64,000 nt of DNA from Torpedo marmorata (taxonomy: Eukaryota). The notes below the pieces were generated by a model, which did no database searches, was not told where the DNA came from, and worked only from the letters and a program-made list of their open reading frames with translations. The DNA lies in NCBI GenBank assembly GCA_977017645.1, contig OZ360219.1, forward strand, positions 125,612,001 through 125,676,000, in the 5' to 3' direction. The position numbers and the translations under genes were made by a program. This document shows, piece by piece, positions 11,492-26,295 of the stretch. How positions within the stretch are numbered: the first letter of the stretch is position 1; the number at the start of each line of letters is the position of its first letter.

Positions 11492-12110
11492 CCACTGTGC
11501 AGAGATGGTAAAAGGAAAATGTTATAGAAATGTTAACAATTGCAAGGGGATTTGACGGAGTGAAGAAGGAGTGGTAAGAAAGTTATTAATCAGGTGGAAG
11601 ATTATTTGCAATAAAACTGGAGGAAAAAAGGTTGATTTTCCACAGAGAGTTGTGATTGGGATCAGAGAAATGAATGAGAGAACATTAGGGAACATAGCGA
11701 TCTTGGTATAAGCGTCCAATAATCCTTGCAGTTCGCTGCACAGTTAGATTAGGTGATGAGAAAGGTGTACAGGAAACCAGCCTTCATTAGCTAGGCAGGG
11801 ATGTTATTGTAGAGCTTTACAAGACATTGATTAGATAATAGCTACAGTACTCTGTATAGTTCTGCTCAACACATTATACTAAGAGGATGAAGAAGATATC
11901 CACCAGGATGTTGAACATTTCAATTATGAGGAAAGTTTGGATGGGCTGGGTTTGATTTCCTTGGAAGCAAAGAAGACGAGGGAAACCTGAAAGAGGTATA
12001 TAAAATTGTGAGGAATGTACAAGGCGTAGAGCAAAAATAGGCTATTCAGCCAATCGAGTCTGCCCCACCATTTAATCATGGGCTGATCTATTTTTGCCCT
12101 CTGTCCCACT

Positions 12111-12360
12111 TTTTAATTTATTTTTTTAAAATTTAGACATACAGCACAGAAACAGGCCATTTCAGCCCATGAGTCCATGCCACCCAATTTAAACCCCATT
12201 AACCTACACCCCCGATATGTTTTGAACAATGGGAGGAAACTGGAGCCCCCGGAGAAAACCCACACAGACACAGGGAGAACGTACAAAATCCTTACAGACA
12301 GTCCAGTCCCAATCGCTGGTGCTGTAAATGTGTTGCGCTAACTGCTACGCCAACCGTGCC
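12111..12360 (-). mobile_element. tRNA-derived V-domain SINE (HE1-like)
   Basis: Minus strand has a GGCACGGTTGGCGTAGCAGTTAGCG head, a V-domain-like GTTCTCCCTGTG...GGGTTTTCTCCGGGGGCTCCAGTTTCCTCCCA core, a CR1-like tail and an A-rich end. Confidence 0.75.
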
Positions 12361-12547
12361 GTCCACTGACCGGCCTTCTCCCCATAACCTTTGATGCACT
12401 GGCTAATCAAGAAGCTATCATTCTCTGCCTTAAAAACAACTAATAACTAGGCCTCCACAACAGCCTGTGGCAATAAATTCAATAGATTTACCACCCTCTG
12501 GCAAAAGAAATACTTTTTGCATTCCTTTTCCAAGCGGATGCCCTTTC

Positions 12548-14286
12548 CAGAGAAAGCTAGAGACAGAGACAGATACACGCCAGTATTGGCAGGGAGTGCA
12601 GGCCATTACAGCCTACAAAGCGAGGGCGAACACTATAGACGGCTGTGATGCTTCACTATCCGATGAGCTGAACACCTTCTATGCCCGCATTGAGAAGAAG
12701 AACCAAACAGTGCCTACTAGAATCCCTGAAAAGGCTGAGGACCCTGTAATATCTGTCTCTGAGGGCGACGTCAGAACATCATTCAAGAGGGTGAACCCTC
12801 GCAAGGCGTCAGGCCCTGATGGCGTACCTGGCAGGGTACTGAAAATCTGCGCCAACCAACTAGCCGGAGTGTTCACGGACATTTTCAACCTCTCAATGTG
12901 GCAGTCAGAGGTTCCCACCTGCTTCAAAAGGGCATCAATCATCCCGGTACCCAAGAAGAGTAGTGAGAGCTGCCTCAACGACTACCGCCCAGTAGCACTA
13001 ACTTCTACTGTGATGAAATGCTTTGAGAGGCTGGTCATGGCCAGAATTAACACATACCTAAGCAAAGATCTGGACCCACTGCAATTCGCCTATCGTCACA
13101 ATCGCTCCACAGCAGATGCAATATCGCTGGCTCTCCACTCAGCTCTGGATCACTTCGAAAACAGCAATTCATACATACGGCTGCTCTTCATTGACTGCAG
13201 CCCGGCCTTCAATACCATTATTCCCTCAGTGCTGGTCAAGAAGCTACAAATTCTAGGCCTCTGTACCCCCCTCTGCAACTGGATCCTTGACTTTCTCATT
13301 GGAAGACCACAGTCAGTACGAACTGGAAACAACGTCTCCTCCTCACTGATTATCAACACAGGCGCACCCCAAGGATGTGTGCTTAGTCCACTGCTCTACT
13401 CGTTATACACCCATGACTGTGTGGCCAGGCACAATTCCAATGCCTTCTACAAGTTTGCCGATGACACCACAATTGTCGACAGAATCACAAACGGCAATGA
13501 GGAAGCGTACAGGAGGGAGATAGATCAGCTCATTGAATGGTGTAATGACAACAACCTTGAGCTCAACGTCAGCAAAATCAAGGAGATGATTGTGGACTTC
13601 AGGAGGAAGTCAGGGGAACACGACCCAGTCCTCATCGAGGGCTCAGTCGTGGAGAGGGTCAAGAACTTCAAATTCCTGGGTGTCAACATCTCCGAGGATC
13701 TGTCCTGGAGCCTCCACGTTGATGCAATCACAAAGAAGGCTCGCCAGTGGCTATACTTTGTGAGGTGTCTGAGGAGATTCAGTATGTCACCGAAGGCTCT
13801 CGTAAACTTCTACAGGTGTACCGTGGAGAGCATTCTGGCTGGTTGCATCACTGCCTGGTATGGAGGCGCCAACTCTCAGGAGAAGAATAAACTCCAGAGG
13901 GTTGTTAACTCGGCCTGTGACATCACAGGCAGTAGTCTTCACTCCATCGAGGACATCTACATGAGGCGGTGTCTTAAAAAAGCAGCCTCTATCCTCAAAG
14001 ACCCCCACCACCCAGGCCATGCCCTCTTCACTCTGCTACCATCGGGAAAAAGGTACAGGAGCCTAAAGACGAGCACTCAATGGCACAAGGACAGCTTCTT
14101 CCCCGCTGCCATCAGATTCCTGAATAATCAATGAACCAAAGACACTGCCTTACTTTTCGTGCACTATTATTTATAATTTTTTATAGTAATGTTGTAAGAT
14201 GGTTATCATATGAATGTTTGCACTATGATGCTGCCGCAAAACACCGAATTTCATGACTTGTTCATGACAATAACTTCTGATTCTGA
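12548..14286 (+). mobile_element. 5'-truncated Rex1/Babar LINE with an open RT ORF (to 14134)
   Basis: DYRPVALTS, LQFAYR, GAPQGCVLSPLLY, YKFADD, LLPSGKRYRS; TTCTGA tail; the upstream part of the 12467 ORF is CR1 flank. Confidence 0.92.
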
Positions 14287-15912
14287 AGTTGTGCCCTCTT
14301 GTATTCAACTCTCCCACCATGGGAAACAACCTTTCTACATCTACTCTGTCCATGCCTTTCAACATTCTCCCAAATTCCAATGGGTACAGGCCAAGAGCTG
14401 TCAAATGCTCCTCATATTACACTTTCATTTCCGTAATCATCTTTGTCAACTTCCTCTTAACATTCTCCAACATCAGAACATCCTTTCTTAAGTGAGGAGC
14501 ACACACTACTCACAATACTTCAAGTGTGGTCTCACCAGTGCCTTATAAAGCTGCAACCTCACATTCCTATTCTTGTATTCTGTTCTTCTTGAAATGAATA
14601 CCAGCATTGCATTTGACTTCTTCATCACCAACTCAATCTGTAAGTTTACCTTCAGGGTACCCTGCACAAGGACTCAAAGGTCCCTTTGCATCTGATTATT
14701 TTCAATTTTCTCCCCATTTAAAAAATAGTCTGCCCATTTATTTTTTCTACCAAAGTGCATGACCATACACTATCTGACATTGTACTTCATTTGCCACTTC
14801 TCTGCCCATTCTCCTAATCTGTCCAAGTCCTTCTGCAGCCTCCCTGCTTCTTAAACACTACCTTTGTATCATCTACCAACTTGGCCACAAAGCCATTCAT
14901 TTCATAATCCAAATCATTAACATACAACATGAAAAGAAGCAGCCCCAATACCAACCCCTGTGGAATACCACTAGCAACTAGCACCAACCTCAATATGATC
15001 CTTGTATTCTGACTCTCTGCTTCCTGCCAATCAGCTCTACCTATGCTAGTATTTTTCCTGTAAAACCATGGATTTTTATCTTGTTAAATAGCCTCATGTG
15101 CAGCACCTTGTGAAATGCCTTCTGAAAATCCAAATACACAACATCCACTGAATCTCCAATATCTAGCCTAAGTGTCACAACTTCAAATAATTCCAATTGG
15201 TTTGACAAGCAAGATTTTCCCTTCATGTGACTCCAAGTACTCCGTAACCTCATCATGGCAATCAACTCCAACATCTTCCCAACCACTGAGGTCAGTATAA
15301 CTGGTCTATAATTTCCTTTCTGCTGCCTCCCTCCCTTCTTGAATAGCGGGTTGACATTTGTGATTTTACAGTCCTCCAGGACCATACCAGATACCAGATC
15401 TAATGATTCCTGAAAGATCATTGCCAATGCCTCCACAATCTCTACCACTACTTCTTTCAGAACCCAAGGGTGCAATCCATCTGGTCCGGAAGACTTATCC
15501 ACCCTTAGACCATTCAGCCTTTTGAGCACCTTCTCCCTTGAAATAGTAACTGCACTCAATTCCCTTCCTTGATAGCCTTCAACATCTGGCACACAGCCTA
15601 TGTCTTCCATGCTGAAGACTGATCAAAATACACATTTAGTTCCACTGTCATCTCCTTGTCTATCATTGTTATTTCTCCAGCGTCATTTTCTAGTGGTCCT
15701 ATATCTACTTTCACCTCTCTTTTACTCTTTATATATTTGAAGCTTTTTGTATCGTCTTTGATATATTTGCTAACCTAATTTCATACTTCATCTTTTCCCT
15801 CCTTATGAGTTTTTTAGTTACCTTCTGTAAGCGTTTATAAACTTCCCATTCCTCTCTATTCCTCCTAATGTTTGCTTCCTTACATGCCCTCTTTTGCTTT
15901 TACATTGGCTTT

Positions 15913-16615
15913 CTTTCTTTTTCAATCTTTTTATTGATTTTAATATAAAACATACAATAAACAATGGACGGAGAGAATAAGGATATATGATTGAAAATAT
16001 TACAATATACAACAATCAGTACATAATAATAGTATCTTCATCTCCCCATACTCAATCAAAGAAAAAAAGAAAGGAAAAAATTCACATTATAGTAAAACCC
16101 CCATACTAATCTTTCTTTTTAATTTTATTTATTAATTTTTAAAACAAATAAGGCCAAACTATACAGAGGCAATCAGTGCAAGAGTATACAATAAGTACAA
16201 TACAAGGATAATAATAAAGAAAATTATAATTACAAATGTCATTAAGTCCCCTCTCAGAAGTAATAATACAAGGAAATAGCAATCAAGGAATGGCCACATA
16301 AAACTGACATACCCCCAAAACATAAAAGCAAAGGAAAAAGAAAGGAAAATAAAAAAAGAAAAAAAGGAATCTAAACTACAACTAACTACCAGAAAAGGGA
16401 GAAAATCTAAACCCTAATCCATGCGCGTCTGAAACTGGCTAAGAATGTTATAAAGCCCATATTACAATGTCAGAAAGAGGCTCATAAACGAACCCCATAT
16501 CCTCTGAAAATTGAGATTCTTATCAAGATTAGAACAACAAATTTTTTCCAACGTCAAGCATGACATCACACAGTTGAGCCAGTGACGATGTGAAGGGGGA
16601 TCCACCTCTTTCCAG
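15913..16615 (-). mobile_element. L1-clade 3' end fragment(s) inserted into CR1
   Basis: Minus strand encodes WLNCVMSCLTLEKI...FQRIWGSF (L1 ORF2 C-terminus); two A-rich ends; TSD TGCTTTTACATTGG at 15895-15908 and 16616-16629. Confidence 0.75.
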
Positions 16616-19584
16616 TGCTTTTACATTGGATTTCACTTCCTTTGTCAGCCACAGTTGTGACATTTTTCCATTTGAATATTTCCTCTTTTTTGTTATGTAT
16701 TTATCCTCATTTCTTGGAGAAACTCCATCCATTGCTGATCTGCCATCTTCCCAACTCGTGCCCCCTTCAATCTACTTTGGCCACTTCCTCTTTCATGCCA
16801 CTCTAATTCCCTTTACACCACTGAAATACCAACATATCTGACTTTAGTTTCTCCCTGTTAAATCTCATATTGAACTCAATCATATTGTGATCACTACTCC
16901 CAATGGTTCCTTTACTCTAAGCTCTCTAATCACCTCTGTTGCATTACCAAACACTCTATCCAGTACAGCTGATGCCCTAGAGGGCTCATCAACAAGCTGC
17001 TCTAAAAAAACATCTCATAGGCATTGTACAAATTCTCTCTCTTGGCATCCAGTCCCAACCTGGTTTTCCCAATCTACTTGCATGTTAAAATCCCCCTTGA
17101 CTACCATAACATTGCCCTTCTGGCATGCCTTTTCTATTTGCTGTTTGTTGTCCACATCCCAGCGACTGTTTGGAGATCTGAATATAACTGCCAACAGCAT
17201 CTTTTTACCCTTGCCATTTCTTAACTCAACCCACAATGATTCTATATTTTCTGATCCTATGTCACCTCTTTCTCATGATTTCATGTTATTCCTTACCAAC
17301 AGAGCCACATGACGCCCTCTACTTACCCAGCTCTCCTTTCAATACAGTGTTTATCCTTGAACATTAAGCTCCCAATGACATCCATCCTTTAACCATGACA
17401 ATTGATGGCGACATCATACCTGCCAATCTGTAGCTGTACAACAAGGTCATCCACTCTATTTCTTATGCTGTGTGCATTTAAATACAAAATATTAGCCCTG
17501 TATTTGTTACTTTTTTAGACTCTGTGTCCCTGTTGAATTGCAACTCATCCCAATGGCTGCAATTTTGCTCTATCTGCCTGTCCTGCCACACAACTCCTTA
17601 CAAGCTGTCCTTACTTGTGCATCAACCTCTTTCTCTGCCTCTTCACTCTGCTTCTCACCCCCTTGCGAATCTAGTTCAAACCTCATTCCCCACCCCCCCC
17701 TCCCCCAACACCATTAGCAAATCTCCCTGTCAGGAAATTATTTCCTCTCCAGATCAGGTGCAACCCGTCACATTTTTACAGGTCACCCATTCCCCATAAA
17801 AGTTTCCAATAATCTAAGAAGTTGAAACCCTGCCCTGTGCTCATCTCTTCAGTGACACATTTGTCAGCACTATATTCCTGTTCTGACCTTCCCTTGCTCT
17901 TGGCACAGGTTGTAATCCAAAGATTGCCAACTTGGAGGTCCTGCTCATCAGCCTCTTTCCTAACTCCCTAAACTTATTTTGCAGGACCTCTTGCCCACTC
18001 CTGCCTATGTCATTGGTCGGAATATGTACCATGACCTCTGGCTTCTCACCCTTCCCTTTAAGAATATTCTGCACCCACTCAGAGACATACTGGACCTGAG
18101 CACCTAGGAGGCAACACCCTATACTGGAGACTCTTTTGCAGCCACATAATCTTCTATCTGTTCCCCTAACTATCGAGCCCCAATGGCTATGGCTTTACCT
18201 GTCTTCTCCCTTCTCTTCTAAGGAGCTGACCACAGTGCTATTGGTCTGGCTTCAGCCTTGCCCGGGTAGGTTATCCCCTCAGCAGTATCCAAAGTGGTAT
18301 ACATGTTGCTGAGGGGAATGTCCACTGGGGTACTCTGCACTGCCTGCCTGTTCCCTTTCCCTCTCCTATCACCCAGTTACCTTCCTCCTGCCTCCTAGGT
18401 GTGAAAGTAGACAAGGTAGATAGTCGGAAATCTCTGCCAACAACAGAGATAACAAAAACTAGAGGAATTAGATTTATGGCAAGGAGCAGGAGGTATAAAA
18501 GGGATATGAGAAAGGATTGTTTCAACCGGAATCTTGACTTTATTTATTGAGCAGGTGTCAGAACTGCCAAGGCATAGAAGGCTATGGACAAAGTGATGCT
18601 TGTATGATCAGCCTTGATTGTATTGAATGGTGGTGCAGGTTTGAAGGGCTGAATGATCCACTACTGCACCTATTTTCAATTATTCTCGGAAGTACTTAGC
18701 GTAGGTAGGGAATTAAGCAAGGGCCAAAGGATCTTTAATGAGTGTTACATAACTCTATAATTTTACTCTATAATAATACATATGTATTATTGTGTCAGTT
18801 ATTACAATCTGCAAATGCCCTTTCTTCACTTTTTGTGCACTCCTTGTTCTTTTCACACTGATACACATGGAGAGGCTGCAATAAATGCTGTTAACTTAGA
18901 ATTTACCTTGAAATATTCATCAATCAAATTGTCTTTTCCAGCAGCTTAACCATTTGTGAGAATGATCTCTGACTTTGAATGATCTCTTATTTTGTTTAGC
19001 TATCAGTATTGATAAAGATGTTTGTCTGTCTCCTGAATATTTGCTTCCTCCAAGTGACTCCGTGAAATGCTCCATCCGCTGTGCTTTTTTTTCTTCTTTT
19101 ACCATTGTTGATAAGTGGCATTGTTTGTCGCTGATGTGTTGACATCACCATTTCCCTCTGACAAATCACATTATTTTAGAAATGGTTCTTTGTTCGCGAT
19201 AAGTACTGTATGTGTCCTCTACTTATGTTGCCAGGTTATCAGTTGGTATTGTTTGTTTGCTCTTTCTGGGCTTTTGATCTCCTGTTATGTATTGTTGTGT
19301 TTGTCCTTTAATCTTTGGTATTCTGTGCTTGGAAACCTCTTTAGGAATCATCCTTTTTATCAAGGCCTTTCATGTACTGGACTGGTCTAATCCACTCTTA
19401 TGCTTGCTGCCTAAACAGGCTTCACTACTGTTTATAGAGTGCTGCCACTTTGTCCCTTCAGATCTCATCTGTATTCCTCTTCATCAGGTTTGCAAGTGCC
19501 CGATGCTTGCTCTTTAGCTGAAGACTTTCTGTACTTCATGGGATCTAACTGTCTAACATCATGGCATCAGCACATGCTCTGTTC

Positions 19585-19915
19585 TCACTTCCACCATCAG
19601 GAAAGAGGTATAGGTGCCACAAGACTCACACCACCAGGTTCAGGAGCAGCTGCTACCCCTCCACCATCAGACTCCTCAACGACAAACTCAATCAGAGACT
19701 CATTTAAGAACTCTTACTTTTGCACTTTATTGTTTTTTCTCCTCTCTGTATTGCACATTTTTTTACATTTCTTTATTTGTTTGTTTACATGTGTACATTG
19801 AGTACGGTTTTTTCTTGCACTACCAATAAGTGGTAATACTGCCTCGCCTGCAGGAAAAAGAATCTCAGGGTTGCATGTGATGCTACGCATGCACCCAGAC
19901 AATAAATATGAAATC
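19585..19915 (+). mobile_element. Rex1-type LINE 3' end (second family)
   Basis: PSGKRYRCHKTHTTRFRSSCYPS remnant; 3' UTR matches the reverse complement of 36030-36350. Confidence 0.75.
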
Positions 19916-20689
19916 CATAATCAATGTTCTTAGCTTCATGGAACTGGCACATGATAACACCTGATTCCTTTCTTATTTTAGCATCGCCAGTAGGTGTTAC
20001 CATTTACCATCGATTATCTGTGGGTTTCACTTCTGTCGTTTGAAGAACAGCATGTCATTCATAACTTAACAATGGGAGAAAAAGATGCATGAACAGGTGC
20101 CGAGCCTTGAAGCAATGTCACGTAGAGTTCATTCAAAAAATGTATGGGGTTTGTCGGTGAATTGGTGTCTTTTGGGCAGCATGGCCTCATGGGCTGGAAG
20201 GGCCTGTTACTGTCCTGCATGTCTAATTAAAAAAAAATTAAATTTAAAAACCTTACAGGAGACCCCAGTGTCAGCATAAACATCCTCAAATAACTTCTCC
20301 CAGCAGCTCCAGACAACGTTCAATGAACCACATTATTTTGTGTTGCTGTAGAACCACAAGAGGGAGTTTAACAATAGGAACACAACAACTCTTAAAAAGC
20401 CTTTTAAAATCACCTTCTGGATATTCTTCTGCTCAGGCAGACCCATGGAAGCAAGGACATTTTGCTTCCACCCCAAATCACTGGGTCCTGTGCTGTTGAA
20501 GTCAATGTGTAACCTACAGACTCTATCGCAGGCAGGACAGAGGTTGCTTGTCAGAACAGGTCAATGAGCAGTTTGATGCTCATTATTCTGGGCTTCAGAT
20601 AACTCCTAAAGCATAAATACAAATTCTCAATGTTTGCCTCATTCTGCCCCACCCCAACTTTGAGCAGTTATGGGCCATTTAATGAAATC

Positions 20690-22800
20690 ATTGCTAAACT
20701 GGCTGTGGACTCAGCTCCACCTATCTTACTTTTTCCTATAACCTTCAATTCCTCAACTCTGCAAAAATTTGTTTTTTAAAATATATTCAATGAGATAGCC
20801 CCACTGCTTCCTTGGGCAGAGAATTGCACAGATTCACTATTCTTTGGGAAAAGCAATTCCTCCTCATCGGTCCTAAATCTATTCCCTTGAATTTTGAGGC
20901 TAAGTTTTAGTCTCACCTACTGGTGGAAGCAAATTTTTAAGTCTCCACTTTATTGAAACATTTCACAATTTTATGTTGCTGTAAGATCCCCTCTCATTCT
21001 TCTGAATTACAGTGAGAATAGTCCCAGGAGACCTGATCTCCCTCAAAGGCTAACCTCCTCATCTCTTGAAACAACCTTGCTATCCTTCTCTGCACTGTTT
21101 CAAAGCCAGTACATTTTTTCTCAAGGAATGTGACCCAAACTGCACACCGTACTCTGTGTGTGGGCTCACCACTACCCTTTACCTTTGCAGAATGACCTTC
21201 GTGTTCTTAAATTCAATCCCTCTAGAAAAGAACCAACATTCCATTTGTCTTTTTAAACAACAACCCGAGTCTCAATGAGGACAAAACAAAGGAAATGATC
21301 GTGGACTTCAGGGGGACCAAGAAAGACTACCCTCCACTACACATTAATAACTCAGTAGTGGAGAGAGTAGAGAGCACCAAGATCCTCAGAGACCACTTAT
21401 CTAGTGACCTATCCTGAACACACAACATCTCCTCTCTTGTCAAGAAGGCACAACAGCATCTGCACTGCCTGAGAAGGCTGAGGGCAAGGCTACCAGCCAC
21501 CATCCTGTCAACTTTCTACAGGAGCTCAATCGAGAGCGTCCTGGCAGCTGCATCACAGTGAGGTACGATTGCTGTATAGCATTGGATCAGAGGTCAATCC
21601 ACAGGACCATAAGTACGGGAGAGAGGATCACTGGGGTTTCCCTCCCCCAAATTGATGTGATCTACCAGGATCATTGTTTGAAGAGGGTGCGCAAAATTGT
21701 TGAGGACCCCTTCCACCCTGCACACAGCATATTTCAGCTATTCCCGTTGGGTAAGAGATACAGTAGTATCAGAGCCAGAACCACCAGGCTGAGAAACAGC
21801 TTCTTCCCATGGGCAGTGAGACTGCTGAACAACTGAATGAACTGCTCATACCAACCTTCCAAGACTCTATTGATTAAACAATATTTATTTATTTTTATAT
21901 ATGTATATTTGTACTGCACATGTATCATTTGTCTGTATGTTTGTTATGTCTGGTTGTGTGTTTGCATGTTTTTCCACCAAGGACCAGAGAATGCTGTTTT
22001 GTCAGGTTGTACTTGTACAATGGGATGATAATAAACTTGAACTTGATTTTTCTGTTGCACCTGCTAACCAACCTTTTACTATTCATGCACACCCACTCCA
22101 AAGTCCCTCTGCACAACAGTATGCTGCAATCTTTCACCATTTAAATAATCTGATCTTCTATATTTCCTTTCAAAGTGGACGACCTCACATTTACAAAACA
22201 TTGTACTCTATTTGCCAGACCTTCACCTGTTCACTTAAACAACCTATATCTCTCTGCAGACTCTCCCCATTCTCTGCACAATATGCTTTTCCACTTAACT
22301 TAATGTTATCAACAAACTTAGGCATTCTATACTCTGTCCCCTCTTCAAAATCGCCAATATGTATTGAGAATGAATGAGGGACCAGCGTCGACTCCTGCAC
22401 CATTCTGTTCACTACTGTTTGTCAGCTCAAGAAATACACATTGATCCCAAATCCCTGCCTTCCATTGGTTAACCAATCCTCTATCCCCATGCTAATAAAT
22501 TACCATCAACTCCATGCATCTCTTATAGAGAAATCTTTTATGCAGAAACTAATTGAACGCTTTCTGGAAAGCCAAGTACACAACATGCACCTTGTCCCCT
22601 TTATTCACTGCGCTAATTATATACTCAAAGAACTCCAGCAAATTTGTCAATCAGAACCCAACTTTCCTGAATCCATGCTCCATGCTGAATGGTTCTGCCT
22701 GATAGAACCATTTCTATCCTGATGTCCTTTCCTTGATGAAAGCTTGGAGCACTTTCCAGACTGCAGACATTAAACTAACTGGCCTATAATTACCTGCTTT
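20690..22800 (-). mobile_element. Degenerate CR1 LINE RT/3' part
   Basis: AGNYRPVSLMSAV and KFVDNIKLSG remnants; similar to 47935-49150. Confidence 0.75.
21265..22047 (+). mobile_element. Rex1-type LINE 3' fragment (third family) nested in CR1
   Basis: KTKEMIVDFR...DPFHPAHSIFQLFPLGKRYSSIRARTTRLRNSFFPWAVRLLN; AATAAACTTGAACTTGA tail. Confidence 0.85.
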
Positions 22801-24504
22801 CTGCACATGAAGTTGATTAATCCCAGATCTCCCAGTTATTCTCAAACAGTATTTTCCAATAGAAAAAATGAGTACCTCTTCATAGGTGCTTATTAGAGTG
22901 AACTTCAGATAAGTCCCGATATTGTGTAAATTCCGAAGATTCAGGATCTCCTGAGAGAATAAATAAGTCTTTAACTCCATTTTCAATAGGCAACCCCTTA
23001 ATCTGAAACTATGACCCTAGTTCACAAGGGAAAATATCCTTTTAGCAGACACCCTGTAAAGCCCACCAGAATCACACACATTTCTATATGATCTCCTCTC
23101 ATTCATCTAAGCTCCAATGAGTATGGACCTGACCACCTCAATCGTGCCTCAGAAGACAATCCATTTACCCCAAGAATCAGCTGACGTACCAGATACAAGA
23201 GGTCTGCACACGAAGCTGGCGGCATTATTGCAGTGTGAAGATTACTGGAGTTTCATTTCACTCCTTCTTATAAGTAGCATTCTGAGATAGAGCATTTCGA
23301 AACCATTAATCTGTTGGAAGAACTGTGCCATCTACAGTTTCTCACTCAAATAAAGCCTCCTCACTTCTTTCAACTTTTTTCACTTGAAGCTTCTTTCACA
23401 ATTTTCATTATACAAAAATAGCCTGGGGAGTGTGTTGTAGCAGTTCACAGGACTAGATGCCTACACAGAATTCAACTATCATACATCCTATTCTTGTAAA
23501 AATTGCATATACACTGCAATAAAAATATGTAAGATAGCAAGTTTTCCTGTAATTCCCTGTCAAGAGTAGGTTGAATGAGTTCTTGGTTATAAATTCAATA
23601 TACTTTCAGCTTTGTGTCATAAAATCAATAAATCTTATGTTCTTACATCCCATGGAGACTAGAAATGGCAATGGAAATACAGAACTGCTTCAGCGTGACA
23701 AGTAACACAAAAAAGAGAGCAAAATAAGAGATAAATCATCACCGATACTTGTTCAGAAATCAAAGGCAGTGATCAAATGAAAGTATTCAGATGACAAACA
23801 TAAATATTGTTGAAAGGAAATTCTGCAGTCATTTACAGAAGTGAAATATTAAAGGAAATAGAAAGCAATGGCAGATAAGAATGAAAAATAAGCCCTGGGA
23901 AAAGAGAATCTTTCCCTTATAAATGTAACCTTGACTGCATCATTAATTTTCCAGCTTTCCCACCGATGACCTTAGCATCAAATGCCTGGTACCCAAACTC
24001 TCGACTTTCTCTTTGAACAAGATTCCAGTTAGTTTTCCTCATTTAATTTTGTGGTTTGGTATCAAACTTTATTTGAGAATGCTACTGTGTGGCTCCTCTG
24101 GATATGTTACAGTCAAATGTGCCACATAACTGGAAGTTGTATCTTCCGGAAAACTTCCCATTTGAGGTTCTGCTTCCCTGTCGGTTCACTGTTTAAAATG
24201 ATCAAATTGTATCCTCTTCAATTTTCTATGTGCAGTATTTTCAGCCACTGTTTTAACCTCTGGCTATGCTGGGAATGGTACAAAGAGAGAGTTAAAATGG
24301 ATGGGACCCATTCCTATTGCACAGGGAAAATATAGATTAACAGCAAGAATACCCTAAAAAATAATTCGCTGCCTGCATCTGATGACACAATTCTAAGACA
24401 GGTAAGAAAACAGTGAAATCTGAATTGACCATCATCCCTGAACCATGAGGTAAAGATGACTGTAAGGACTCTGAACTCCAATTAAAACATCCCTTGTGAG
24501 GCAG

Positions 24505-24830
24505 TGTGAAAGGGGTACTCCCCCAGTCACGGCATGTAATCATGGAGTGTAGCCAGTCAAGTGCCACCTCACAACTGCAGTAATTGGATTCAGTCCAGAC
24601 TTCTGGGCTTATCCATGTAGACTTCTCCCTGTGGCCATGTGGACTTCCTCCAGTTTTTTCCCCTGAAGCCATGAAGGTTGATAAGTAAATTTCCCCTTGT
24701 AAATTGCCCATTGTGCAGGCGAGTGGGAAAATCTGGAGAGAAGGGATTTGGTGGGAATGTGAAAAGACGAAAATATAATTTGTGCTTTATGGCGACTCAA
24801 TGTGGCAAAGAGCCTGTTACCAAGCTTCAA
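24505..24830 (+). mobile_element. Old V-domain SINE remnant
   Basis: GGCATGTAATCATGGAGTGTAG head and TTCTCCCTGTGGCCATGTGGACTTCCTCCAGTTT core, resembling the SINE at 12111-12360. Confidence 0.45.
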
Positions 24831-26295
24831 AAGACCCTATGAACAAAACCTTGGCTTCCTTTACCATGGTCAAAGCATTTTTCCACCCCAATCACGAACT
24901 ATGCCATGACACCATTACGTTGAGTAGCTAGTAGGCACTCTGAACTCTAAATAAGATATCCTTGGTGACTAAATGGAGCAGGAGTGATCCTTCAGGCTTA
25001 TCTAATTATCTCCACGCCATTCTGCTCTCTTTGTCCAGGGGTCCGAGAAGGAACACACAAAAAAGTTCAGTCAGTAAAAAATAACTGGCCATTGCCTTGG
25101 GCAATCACTTAGACACTTCTTGCCCATTCTGAGCCCTCCCATTTCCAGTCCCACTTCTACTCCAGGTTAAAATTGAGGCACCAGATCCTGGAGAATTCTC
25201 CCATCCACTTCTTTACACATTGGCTCCAGTTTCTGATTCTATATTAATGCTAACCGAATCCTGCATTTTCCCAATCGAAGCATATTAATAATTTCCTGAA
25301 CAAAAATGTTGCAAGTAGACCTTTTCCCTAAGGGCCTTTTCAGAAAATATGAGGGCATTAAATTCAATTCAAATAGGTTTGTTACACATATTGAACCATG
25401 CATCAATGTTGCAAAATATCACTATTATTATTTCCCGATGAATCACAAGAGGTCACAGAGGTTTAAACATTCTTCATATTGCAAATTTTTTCATGAAGTC
25501 ATTCAAAAATAAAGAAATTTACATGTGTCTCATTTTTCTGACTGAGCCATGTTGCTGTGGATGCAAAATATGTACAGCACTAAAAATGACGTTATAGCAC
25601 GTGCAAATTAGTAATTGGAGAATAAACATTGATAACAAGTCCTGATGAAGGCAGCACACTCAAACATAACCTAAGTCTTGTACTAGGCAAAAACAATAGA
25701 AGCTGCAGATGCTGGAACATTCAGGAAAGAATTGCTGGAGGAACTCATCAGGTCAGACAGCATCCATGGGTAGATATGATTATTTCTCATATAATATTAC
25801 CTGCTAGAGTAGATCTTACAAATACATTTCCTATTGTTTCTGCCAGAATCTAGCCAGATATGCTACCTGGCCAGCAAGTTGCAGCAGGAATGTGGAGTGC
25901 TAGGTGTAGTGGGAGCCAAGAGGAGTGTTCTGGGTAGTGTACTGGAGAATGGGGGATGTCCTGGAGAGGAGCGGTCCAAGATTTCTTCTTGACACACAAG
26001 AGAGAAACCTGCCTCCTGCGCCTACCCACTTAATTACTTGGATGCCAAGCTCACCACTGTGCAATGATCTTTCAACCAACGGGTCTGCTCGTCCACTCTT
26101 ACATTTGTTATGGACCATGACTTACCATTTGGACTGCGGACGGTCAGCAGGAAGGATGAAGTCTTTTGGAGTACACACTGGGACCAGGCACTGAAAGAGT
26201 TAACTTGCCTAGGACTTGGTGTACCAGAGAGAGAGAGAGAGACCAGAGAGAGACAGGCTGTGGAAAAGACACTTGGTTTGATTTTGTAACAAAAT

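Larger units (their letters stand above)
12030..18410 (-). mobile_element. Long degenerate CR1 LINE sequence (ORF1 esterase, ORF2 EN and RT, 3' end), interrupted by SINE, Rex1 and L1 insertions
   Basis: VMVHIPTNDIG (SGNH-like ORF1), VKGDFN (EN), GNYRPVILTSVVGK...VYLDFQKAFHKV (RT); may be more than one copy. Confidence 0.8.

Noticed and set aside
23200-25620. Apparently unique AT-rich stretch with short ORFs
   Set aside because: No convincing splice-flanked open frame or protein motif seen by eye
25638-25775. CCTGATGAAGG hammerhead-like start next to a Penelope-like end
   Set aside because: Stem II and GAAA are not recoverable; at most a decayed Penelope remnant
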